Part shown: positions 1-10,700 of the stretch, piece after piece
How positions within the stretch are numbered: the stretch's first letter is position 1
Layout: each line of letters starts with the position of its first letter
Notes under the pieces: model-generated
Database searches by the model: none
Told to the model about the DNA's origin: nothing
Seen by the model: only the letters and a program-made list of their open reading frames with translations
Program-made: the position numbers and the translations under genes
IMG/VR virus record: IMGVR_UViG_3300029305_001083
DNA length: 64,000 bases
Direction: 5' to 3' (one strand)
From: an uncultured virus (IMG/VR IMGVR_UViG_3300029305_001083)
Lineage: Duplodnaviria; Heunggongvirae; Uroviricota; Caudoviricetes

Positions 1-1977
1 GCGAATGAAATTACAAGTTCTGTAAGTAGTACTTACGCGACCAAAACGTCGGTTACCAATCTAAGTAACAACCTTTCTAATAATTACTCAACCACATCAG
101 CTATGAACTCGGCTATTAATCAAAAAGGTGATTCTATACTAAGTACGGTAAGTGGTACTTATGCGACCAAAACGTCACTCAATACTACCAATACTAATGT
201 GACAAATCTTACATCCAGAGTATCCACCGCCGAATCAAAATTAACAAAATCTAGTTTAACCACAACTATAGGTGATTATTATACAACTTCTAGTACGGTT
301 AACGATTTAATCACGTCTAAGAATTATGCTACAACTTCTCAATTATCACAAACATCCGATTCGTTGATAGCCACATTCAAAGAAAATGGAGGGTATAACA
401 AGGTTCGAAATGGTGGTTTTCTATCCGGTGATTTAACTCATTGGAATGGCTGGGGAACGTGTACTCGATATGTCGCCGATACAACGATAATGGGGTTTAC
501 CAAAAAAGTGGTACTCGAAGTAACGGGATCAAATCAAGGTATACAACAAACAATAACTGGACTTACACCGAATAAAACATATACAGCGTCGGTAATAGCA
601 CAAGTTGAAAGTGGACAATGCATGCTTCAAATTTATGATTCGTCCGCTGGACAATGGTTGGGTGCATATCTACCAACAGGAACAAAAGGTCCGACCGTAC
701 TATCAAAAACATTTAAACCCGCGGGTTCAAGTATAGTCATGCAGCTCGGTAGAGGTGGTGGTGGATCCAACGGTATATTCTTTTTTACCGGTGCAATGTT
801 AACTGAGGGGGAATACGCTCTTCCATGGTCGCCACACCCAAGTGAAGTATACGATGGCATAGTTAAGATTAACAAGGATGGTATCAGAGTCGCGCAAAGT
901 AATTATAACGGTGCTACAGCGATGACTTCGCAGGGGTTTTATATTAATAACGGAACCGAGGATGTTTTTAAAGCTACCGCCTCTGGGTTATTTGTAAAAG
1001 GTAATATAACAGCTACATCTGGTAAAATAGCCGGATTCTCGATTTCTGGCGATAGTCTCGTCGGTAATAATGTGGGGATGTGTGGATTAAGCGGTACGAA
1101 TTATGCGTTTTGGGCCGGAAGTAATACCTCTAGTTCTGCTCCATTTAGAGTTGGTCATGGTGGCGCTGTAGTTGCGACGGATCTAACCGTAAATGGAGGC
1201 TCGATAAATATAGCTGGTAAATTTAAAGTTAGCACCGCGGGTGCCCTAACCACGGAATCGACTATTTTAGCCAAAGGGGGTATCTATACCTATCAAGATA
1301 TTAGGGGGATGGATAGTGCTGATGGTAGCGGGGGTTTAACGGTAGTTACTAATACTGGAGATCTTGCTTTAAGAAATGAATCGGGGGCATATTCGGTATA
1401 TTTACAAGCCGCGAGCGGACATGTATATGTAACGGCACCAAAGACAAAAAGTGATTACATAGCCCTTCATACGGGACGATTATATGCTAATAATGTTCTG
1501 GAGTTTTCGGGTAGTAATCGAATTATACGCGTTCATAGTAACAATCATTTATATTTACAATGCGGAACAACCGATAATACCGGCGCAACAACGAGCGAGG
1601 TTAGATGTACTAGATCAGAAAAATCGGATACATACGCCAATCTTCGAGCGTATAATCTGTGCGCCCAAAACGCGGTATTTGCGAACGGTGTGAATGTATC
1701 ATCCGATAGAGATAGAAAAAGGGATATAGAATTATATAGCGTTGATGCGGTGAGAGAAATTTGTTCAACTCCAGTATATACTTATCATCTAGATACAGAT
1801 TTAAATGAAGAAATAAAACGTATCGGTATAATAATGCAGGAAGCCCCACTTGATGCTATCGATTTAAGTGGAAAAGGTGTTGATCTTTATCAAATGACAA
1901 CCATGTTATGGAGAGCAGTGCAACAGCAACAAGATATGATTGATGAATTACAGAAAGAAATCAAAGGAGAGTGTTAA
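1..1977 (+). CDS. C-terminal part of tail fibre/spike with C-terminal intramolecular chaperone (peptidase S74-like); continues the ORF starting at 61363
   Basis: Frame is open from base 1 and bases 1-49 equal 63952-64000 in the same frame. CBM-like segment (YNKVRNGGF...PWSPHPSE); ends in SSDRDRKRDIE...IGIIMQEAP...VDLYQMTTMLWRAVQQ plus coiled coil. Confidence 0.85.
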   Translation, partial: ANEITSSVSSTYATKTSVTNLSNNLSNNYSTTSAMNSAINQKGDSILSTVSGTYATKTSLNTTNTNVTNLTSRVSTAESKLTKSSLTTTIGDYYTTSSTVNDLITSKNYATTSQLSQTSDSLIATFKENGGYNKVRNGGFLSGDLTHWNGWGTCTRYVADTTIMGFTKKVVLEVTGSNQGIQQTITGLTPNKTYTASVIAQVESGQCMLQIYDSSAGQWLGAYLPTGTKGPTVLSKTFKPAGSSIVMQLGRGGGGSNGIFFFTGAMLTEGEYALPWSPHPSEVYDGIVKINKDGIRVAQSNYNGATAMTSQGFYINNGTEDVFKATASGLFVKGNITATSGKIAGFSISGDSLVGNNVGMCGLSGTNYAFWAGSNTSSSAPFRVGHGGAVVATDLTVNGGSINIAGKFKVSTAGALTTESTILAKGGIYTYQDIRGMDSADGSGGLTVVTNTGDLALRNESGAYSVYLQAASGHVYVTAPKTKSDYIALHTGRLYANNVLEFSGSNRIIRVHSNNHLYLQCGTTDNTGATTSEVRCTRSEKSDTYANLRAYNLCAQNAVFANGVNVSSDRDRKRDIELYSVDAVREICSTPVYTYHLDTDLNEEIKRIGIIMQEAPLDAIDLSGKGVDLYQMTTMLWRAVQQQQDMIDELQKEIKGEC

Positions 1978-1978
1978 G

Positions 1979-2137
1979 ATGGACATTGATATCCAAGAAG
2001 TATTAAAAATTTATAAAGAGGAATTGGCGGCCGCAAAAGAAGAAGCTATCTTACGAAAAGTTGCTCAATTTCAATTAGAAGCGGAAAATATTAGATTGAA
2101 ACAAAGAATAGCTGAGTTAGAAGAAGGTGACAAATGA
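1979..2137 (+). CDS. small coiled-coil protein
   Basis: AAGGAG SD before ATG 1979; heptad-like sequence. Confidence 0.6.
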   Translation: MDIDIQEVLKIYKEELAAAKEEAILRKVAQFQLEAENIRLKQRIAELEEGDK

Positions 2138-2138
2138 A

Positions 2139-2825
2139 ATGTATGTTAAATTGATAGATGGGGTATTGGTTGAGGCTCCAGAAGAATTAGTATTGGATGA
2201 TGGTTATGTCATCAAAAATTTTAATCGCTCGATAAATTCCATGATTCAAAATGGATATCGCCCCCTAGTCGATACCAAACCAGGATATGATGTTGATACC
2301 CAATATTGTATTTTTAAGGGGTACATTGATACCGAATGTTATATTCGTTGCGAGTGGGAAGTTATTGATATAGAATTCTCAGAAGCCGAAGTCCTAAATC
2401 AAGAAGCTCAAAAAGCTATGGAAATGTTGAATATGGATTTTCAAGAACAAATACAAACCTTAAGCGATAGTCAAGCATTACAAGTATCATCTATATATCC
2501 AAAATGGAATGCCAATGTTGAATATGCGGTTGGATATAAAGTTAAACATGATGGTATCCTATATAAAGTTTTACAATATCATAGATCGCAAGAGATATGG
2601 ACTCCAGATATAACTCCTAGTTTATACGCTAGGGTTATAGTTGGTGAAAATAACCCCGATACAGGGGAACAGGAAATCCTAGATTGGATACAACCGGATA
2701 GTACGAACGCGTATATGACTGGTGATAAAGTAAGATATGACGGTGTGGTATATGAAAGTGTAATGGATAACAATGTTTGGTCTCCGGTCGACTATCCGGA
2801 AGCATGGAAGACAATAGAGGGGTGA
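2139..2825 (+). CDS. tail-associated protein with C-terminal CBM5/12-like (chitin-binding-like) modules
   Basis: W..N..Y..G.KV...G.LYKVLQ.H.SQ..W.PD and WIQPDSTNAYMTGDKV; paralog of 13436-14032. Confidence 0.65.
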   Translation: MYVKLIDGVLVEAPEELVLDDGYVIKNFNRSINSMIQNGYRPLVDTKPGYDVDTQYCIFKGYIDTECYIRCEWEVIDIEFSEAEVLNQEAQKAMEMLNMDFQEQIQTLSDSQALQVSSIYPKWNANVEYAVGYKVKHDGILYKVLQYHRSQEIWTPDITPSLYARVIVGENNPDTGEQEILDWIQPDSTNAYMTGDKVRYDGVVYESVMDNNVWSPVDYPEAWKTIEG

Positions 2826-2843
2826 TTCTTAACCCCTCTTTAT
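2816..2843 (+). terminator. probable intrinsic terminator
   Basis: AGAGGGGT-N8-ACCCCTCT stem followed by T-rich tract. Confidence 0.55.
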
Positions 2844-2867
2844 ATTTATAAAAGGATGTGAAAATAA

Positions 2868-3281
2868 ATGATATACGTTGATAGAACCATAACTGTACAA
2901 CAGGGTTCTAGTAAAATCGATGAACCTGTTATATTATATAGAGGAGATCACGACGTTAGTGTTCGTTTTACGATAATAAACGATAATGTGAAATTTATGA
3001 GTGGGTATAACATGATAGAATACGAGAATTCACCTCATGCTCAGATAATAATATTATCGCCAACAAAAGAAGCCATATTTTCTGATATTTTACGCTGCGA
3101 AGAAGGTGTCGCTGAGTTTACAATACCTCAAGAATTACTAGATGAATTGCGAGAGGTTGGTAAATATTCTTTCCAAATTCGCTTATATGATTACGATTTA
3201 ACCTCTCGTATCACGATCCCTCAGGTTAAGAATGGTATAGTTGTGCGAGAGCCAATTATTACGGGAGCCGATACTCGATAA
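2868..3281 (+). CDS. BppU-N-like baseplate/receptor-binding adaptor protein
   Basis: ILYRGD...VRFTI...G.YSFQIRLYD...RITIP pattern, shared with the next ORF. Confidence 0.55.
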   Translation: MIYVDRTITVQQGSSKIDEPVILYRGDHDVSVRFTIINDNVKFMSGYNMIEYENSPHAQIIILSPTKEAIFSDILRCEEGVAEFTIPQELLDELREVGKYSFQIRLYDYDLTSRITIPQVKNGIVVREPIITGADTR

Positions 3282-3299
3282 TAGAAAGGAGGGCGACCA

Positions 3300-4784
3300 A
3301 TGCTCTACGGAAGAGTTGTTTTACAAATTAAACAAGATGAAACAACATCGGATAGTAAGGTGGTGTTATATAGAGGTGATAATAATATCGACGTAGAGTT
3401 TGTATTACAAAGTGTTGATTATATCTTGTCGGAGTGTGCATATGCACAATTAATATTGATGCGACCATACGCGATATCTATATTTTCCGAACTATTCAAA
3501 ATAAATAAAAATAAAGTGACTATGAGAATCACCGGCGACATGATAGATGAGATAAGCGAGTCGGAATCCTACGCGATTCAGATAAGACTATTCGACGCTG
3601 AGTGTATAGCGAGAGCAACATTACCACCGTGTTATGATGTGCTTTATATTAGAGAACCAATAGCAACTGAGCCGGTCGAATACGATATCGCCATAGTTGA
3701 TTTAGCCGAGGTCGATCGTAGTCTGGTTACTAGGGGTATCGTGGAAGGCGACACATTCACAAATGGTGTCTATAATAAAACAAATTGGGCTACTGGCGAT
3801 TTAATCAGTAAAGGACGATTAGATAAAATAGAAGATGCGTTATATACCATAAGTGGGGTGGATGTAGCACAAAGTATATTAATAGATACCCACACCCACG
3901 ATGAATACTTAACAGAACACCAAGATATTTCACATTTAGCTACTAAAGCTGAAATACCATCAATCGAAGGATTAGCTACCAAAGAAGAAATACCATCGAT
4001 TGAGGGATTGGCTACAGAAGACTATGTAGATGAAAAGATTTCTCAGATTGAACCTGGCGGGGGAGGTATGACCGAGGAAGAAAGAGAGCAATTAGAAAAA
4101 AATACCAGTGATATTTCGACTATATTAGGTATCGTGGATACACCGCCAACATATACGAAACCGACTTTATCTATAAGCTTTAATACTAGCACGCTCGAGC
4201 ACAACAAAGCCACATCAGTTACGATAACTCCGAATTTTAAGCAAAACGATGCTGGTTCGGTCAGTAAGTATGTGTTGTATAAAAACGGAACAGAGATATT
4301 TAATAATACGACAGTATCTGCGTATACAGATAGCGCCACTATTAACCATAATGGAAGCATCTCATATAGTGCCACTGCAACATATGGTGATGGGGCGATA
4401 AAGAACACACTATTGGGTATACCATATCCAAACACAAGTATAAAAGCCGGAAGTGTATCTGCGTCGGGAACAATTAGAGCTTACGCTTTATCGTATTACG
4501 GTGTAATAAGCGCATCGACTATTACCGAAAATGATATTTCTTCTCTGAGCTCACGCTTATCTTCATCTAAATCTTATACATATACAGTAAGTTTATCCGA
4601 ACAAAGAATAGTTTATATGTATCCTCAATCTTTCGGTACTCTGACATCTATAAAAGATGCCAACAATTTCGACTACATTAACAGCTATACAAGATCAACA
4701 TTATCCTATAATGGTGTAGACTATTACGTTTATATTTTAACCGATCCGGTAACCATTACAGGATTCAAACAAATATTTAATTAA
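3300..4784 (+). CDS. BppU-N-like tail appendage protein
   Basis: VLYRGD...YAIQIRLFD N-terminus, YLTEHQDIS/LATKEEIPS linker repeats, S/T-rich beta C-terminus. Confidence 0.55.
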   Translation: MLYGRVVLQIKQDETTSDSKVVLYRGDNNIDVEFVLQSVDYILSECAYAQLILMRPYAISIFSELFKINKNKVTMRITGDMIDEISESESYAIQIRLFDAECIARATLPPCYDVLYIREPIATEPVEYDIAIVDLAEVDRSLVTRGIVEGDTFTNGVYNKTNWATGDLISKGRLDKIEDALYTISGVDVAQSILIDTHTHDEYLTEHQDISHLATKAEIPSIEGLATKEEIPSIEGLATEDYVDEKISQIEPGGGGMTEEEREQLEKNTSDISTILGIVDTPPTYTKPTLSISFNTSTLEHNKATSVTITPNFKQNDAGSVSKYVLYKNGTEIFNNTTVSAYTDSATINHNGSISYSATATYGDGAIKNTLLGIPYPNTSIKAGSVSASGTIRAYALSYYGVISASTITENDISSLSSRLSSSKSYTYTVSLSEQRIVYMYPQSFGTLTSIKDANNFDYINSYTRSTLSYNGVDYYVYILTDPVTITGFKQIFN

Positions 4785-4796
4785 GGCGGTGATTGA

Positions 4797-7700
4797 ATGG
4801 CAATTAACGTAGGTGATAACTTTAGTTACCAAGGTAAAAAATACTTGGATAACAGACAAAGCTTTAAAACCCTATCGGAGCTTCAAGCCTACAGTAACGT
4901 TCCGGAGGGTTTTATCGCTTACTGTGAAGAAGATAAAAAACGTTATGAGTATGTGGATGGTGTCTGGACCGAATACGTTATCGCATCGTCTGGAACAGGG
5001 GTTAATCCTGACTGTGCCACAAAAGCATATGTCGATGAATTAATTGAATCTCATACTCATGACGAATATTTAACGGAACACCAAGATATTTCCCATCTAG
5101 CCACTAAGGCTGAAATACCATCTTTAGAAGGGTTGGCTACTGAGACTTACGTGCAAGAACAAATAGCGAATGCGTCTCTCGGTGGGGGAGAAGGCGGAAG
5201 TATCGACACATCAAACTTCGCAACAAAAGCTGAATTAAACACTAAATTCGACGATGTTGAAGTCAACGAAGAAGAAACAACGGATTCTCAAACCGCATTA
5301 GACTTCTTCGCCAACGGTGAAAAAGTTAAGACTGTATATTTCTCTGGTGGAGGTGGAGGCAGTGCAGCAGCTGCTTATATCTCAACGACTTTACCGGAAG
5401 AAGCCATGGTTGAAACCGGCTATGACTTTGATATTTTATTAGATTTCTACTCGCCTAATCCCGGTAAAGGTACTTTGAAAGTGTTCGTAAATGATGTAGA
5501 TGCTCTATCAACACCAATCATTCAAGGTGAAACAACCACAACTTTATCGCATGAAAAATTAACAAAAGGTACAAATAAAATTGTAGTATATGTATTAGAC
5601 CGAATCGGTACAATGTCAAACTCATTGACATTCTATGTTCGATACGGTAGTACAGAGCTAGTCGGAGAGTTCGATAGCTCGCTATCTTATGATTACGGGG
5701 CAAATATTAGATACTACTTCACCGCTACCGCACTTGATACATCTTTAGCGTTGACATTCTATATGAGTATTGATGGCGCAGTTCAAAATGGAGTATCGTG
5801 TGTGAGTGACGTCAGAGGATATTTCACTTTCCCTAATTCACTAGAAGCTGGTGGACATTATTGTGAATGTTGGGTTGAGGATAGCAAGGGTGGTAAATCA
5901 AACATTGAAACGTTTAACCTAGTGATTCTAGACACAAACACCTTGGCGATTGTTACCGAAACAAGAAATCCATCGGTAGAAGAAGGCTCACAATTAGTGT
6001 TGGATTATAGGGTTTATAAGAAAAACGAAACAACATTCATTATCAAAACGTATGTAGACGAAGAGTTAGTAAGTACTGGTACTTGTGGGTTGACTACTTC
6101 ATACTACAAAACAACTACTTTAAGAGAAGGTATGCATAACATCAAAATAGAAGCTTGGGATACGACAGAAACGGTTTCAGACTATGTAACTTGGTCTGTA
6201 ATCATAACGCCATCAACATATACAATGCTTGAGCCGATTAAAGCTGGTTCTATGTTTATGGCTACTGCTAAAAATAGAACGAATGGAGATCCCAACCGTG
6301 AAACGTGGACGGGATACAACCAAGATAATAACGCAATAGATTGTACGTTATATAACTTCGCGTTTAACAGTGAAAGTGGTTGGATGGATGACCAATTATT
6401 CATAACTGGTAACTCGTATGTAGAAGTACCAATTCAACCATTAGCAAATAATGCTAGATATGGTTTCACTCTTGATGTTGAGTTTTCGACTAAACCTATT
6501 GGGGTTGATGACGCCGAGGTATTAAGTTTATGGAATGACGCGGATAATTGTGGAATCAAAATAACTACCGATCAATTAATACTACAAAGTAAAACGGGTA
6601 ATAAATGTGAATTATATTTCAGTGAAAACGAAATTGTAAGCGCAATATTTATTATCGATAGACATGAAAAGACAGCTAAAGTATATTTGAATGGTGTAAT
6701 GTGTGCCGCATTTGCTTTATCTGATTATGTTGCCGAAGGGGTATCATATCTAGAGGATTTCACGGTTAACGATAATTTATATTTGGGTAAACCGGGAAGT
6801 AATGGATACGCCACAATTAAGAATTTACGAATTTATGAATTGGCATTATCGTCTTCGGAGATTCTTAATAACTTCATGGCTAACGAAATCGATAAAGCTA
6901 AACAAAAAGCTCTAGTTGAGTTCCAAAAAGGTGAAGATTTACCAACAGTTACAGTATATTGCGACTTTAGCGGTTTAGGTAAAGATGATAAAAAATATTG
7001 CGATATCGTATATAACTCTCCAGACCCAGTTAAATACGGTGAATCGTTCTCGTTAATGGGTAAATATTCGCAGTTACAATACCAAGGGACTTCATCAATG
7101 CAGTATCCAATTAAAAACTATCGTTTGAACCCGAGAGATAAAGACGGTAAAGTGAAAATCAAATTACCGCACTGTCAACCAGAAACACGATTCACTCTAA
7201 AAGCCGATTTCATGTCTTCCGGACACTGGCAGAATACCGGATTAACTAAATGGGTGAATGATAACTTGTATAACTACAATGAAAACGATGAAAAATCTAT
7301 GAATCCTGCTAAATGGTGGGCGCTTCAAAATGGAAAAGACCCTAACGACTATAGAGAATGCATTTACGGATTCCCTTGCCGATTGATATTAGTGAATGAT
7401 GGAAATAGTCCTTTGAATGAGGGACAACAAGAGCCGACACCTGGAAACACCAAAGACATGGGTATCTTTAACTTTAACTTGGACAAAGATTGCGAAAATA
7501 GTTTAGGGTTCAAAATAAAAGATTTCCCTAACGCACTATCAATGGAGGTTACAGCCAACTCTGATACAAGTGCGGGGGCTTTTATGAGTTATGGGACTAA
7601 AGAAATAGAGTTACCGCTATACAATGGATACGGTAGTGAATATACCAGTGTTGATATTCCAGTAGAACAAATCTTTGGCGATGATGAGAGCATCACAATT

Positions 7701-10700
7701 AGTTATGCAGATGATGCGAACAGTACCTTATTAGTACGATTAAAAAATTCATCTGGTGAGATTTTAACAGGGTCATACATCAGCAAAGAGGGAACCGTGA
7801 TGATGAGTCAGTCTAATGCCACACACTGTATGTTTATCATGCTTCGAGCCACTTCCGGAGATAAGACATCAAAGGAAACGATATATATTGGTAATAAAAT
7901 TATATTCAAAACAATAAATGTTGATGAAAATGGAATTCAACCTGTATTTCCAGGGGAAGAGGGTGAATTAGACTACATCAAAGAGTCATTCGAACTTCGC
8001 TACCCAGACGAGGATGATGTTCCAGAAGGTTGGGGGTTTATGGGTATGGATTTTTATGACCCAAAAATGATGGTGGATTATTGGTTTAACCCTACAAAAT
8101 CGAATAAATTCACATCGGTATTCGATAAACCTGATTATATTACGGTCGAGACACAAACCGCGGATACTTTTTCTATAGCGTATCACCAAGATGGTGTATG
8201 GACTGGTCAGTCTAAATATAAGTCGGGCTCATTTGTAGATTTGAGGGATAGAACTGAAAATCAAATAGCCGTATATATCGGCGCTACTTATGACGATGAG
8301 TATATCATCATTGATGGAGAAAAGTATTATTACGGAGAAGAGTGCGGCGCTAGTGAAATCAAGGATCCTTACATTCACCCCACAGAAACAATACATCGAT
8401 TCGACACATCATACAGCCTAAAAGCCTTAATCGACTGGGTTGATAATTCGACAGACGAGCAATTTGTAGCTGAATTCGAAGAACACTTCCATAAAGACTA
8501 CACATTAAGATATTTCTTACTTGTAATGGTATTAGGAATGGTGGATAACTTAGGTAAAAATATGATGCTTGACTCTTACGATGGTAAAATATGGATGCCT
8601 CGTTTCTATGACTGTGACACCATCTGTTCATATGATAACTCGGGTGCTATCAAATTCGACGTGGATATCGAAATGCAACAAGGATATTGGAATACTTCTA
8701 GTTCACGCTTATGGACACGTGTAAGAGACTTATTCCATGACGAATTAGTTGTTAAATACAATGATATGCGTCAAAATGGATTAAGCTTTGAAAGTTTAAT
8801 GAATGTATTCTATAACGAACAAATCGCCAAAATCCCACAAAAATACTACAACATGGATGCCGACGTTAAATACTTACCATATGCAGATGAATATTTAGGT
8901 AAAGCTCACGGTGATGGATATGAACATTTAAAACGCTGGTTGAAAAACCGAATTATATTTACAGACTCGTTGTATGACTATGCCCCAAGCTATACAAACG
9001 ATATGATAACGTTCAGGGCAAATACAACAGAAGAAATGAGTATAACAATTGAGACTTATACGCCGGTTTATCAGCACGTTTCATGGTACAACGGTAATAT
9101 GCAAAAAGAAAAGATAGCTAAGGGTACTCAACTAACATTCAAAGGATTCGCTCAAGCGGCTACAGACCAGGAGGTATTAGTATACGGTGGTTCTAATATT
9201 AAACGTATCATAGGTATCTCGACGATGAATCCAAACTCAATGTTAATAGGTAATGCCACACGACTGGTTGAGCTTGATATTTCGGATTGTCCAATTCTAA
9301 CCGATATTAACTCTAACAAAGCAAACTTCACACCACACACTTACTTGAATAAGCTTGATATTTCAAACTGTCCACAACTCGGTGGCTCGTTGAGATTGAA
9401 TTATTCACCTCTGATTGGCGAAATAAACGCTACGAATACGGCTGTAACAGATTTACAATTACCTAGCTCGATACGTAACTTACATACTCTTAAAATCCCA
9501 GGGGCGTTAACGAGTCTAGCACTTAATGATGGACCGGTACTTTCAACTTTAGAATTCGACGGACCTAATAACTTACAATCAGTAAATCTTACAAACTGTA
9601 ACGCGTTAACGAATGTTGTGAATTTCGACATGACTCAAATACCAGCCGTAACGCTTAATAACTCTTACGATGCCGATGAACTATACATGAGTAAGACAAC
9701 AAATCTATCTCTAGTTAATATGGCTAACATTAAGAAATTGATATTTATACCGAATAACGAACACGAGACATTCAACCTAACAGAATTACGTAACTGTCCT
9801 GATTATACTATCAGCGCAATCAACTGTCCTAATCTGAAGACTTTCATGACTACTGCTCCTTATAGATATAGTTATACTAATGGTGAGTATGGCGACGTCA
9901 CACCAAATACAGCCTTCTGCGCCAATACGCTTGATATTTCAAATACTAAAATAACAGATGTCAACTTCTTATGTACAACCGACGTATACCAACTAAAACT
10001 ACCGGATACTGTAAACAATTTCATATGCGACAGTGCGTATGATTTAGATACTGACTATTTACCAGACGGAGATTTCGATACGGTTCATCATGAGTTGATA
10101 GAGGCTTATACGACGGATTATACGAATGGTTATAATGACCGCGTTTATATTGGCGAATGCAACGAAAACGTCGATTTTGATTTTATATCCGACGGGACTT
10201 ATCTAAAAGATGGGAATCTAAATACAACAACCGCTAATTCAGCAACAACATCTAAAATCTATGTTCTTGGCGGTACAGAAATATCTTTTACTAGAAATTC
10301 GTTGAATTATTCGAATTATTTCATTAATGAATACGATATAAACGGAAAATACTTAAAATGCACACGACACTTTGATACCCATAATTGGAATAGGGCAATT
10401 ACACAAGCGGTGAGTAGCGATACGTTTTACGTTATTATCAGTATAGTGGATTATAGAGAATTAGACGGTAGCACCCCTTCTTTCGACACATTATTTAAAA
10501 CTTTCTCACGTTACGAACCGAAGACACCAAACCTAATCCCATCAGCAGCAGATGGTTCGTTGATATTTAGTATGTATGCACCAAATACCAACGTAGCGGT
10601 ACCAGCGGAAGGAATCTGGGATTTATACGGTTTAACATTTGAGGAGTTCTATACTTACGGTATGAATAATGATATTGTTGTGACTGATGGTAATATTACA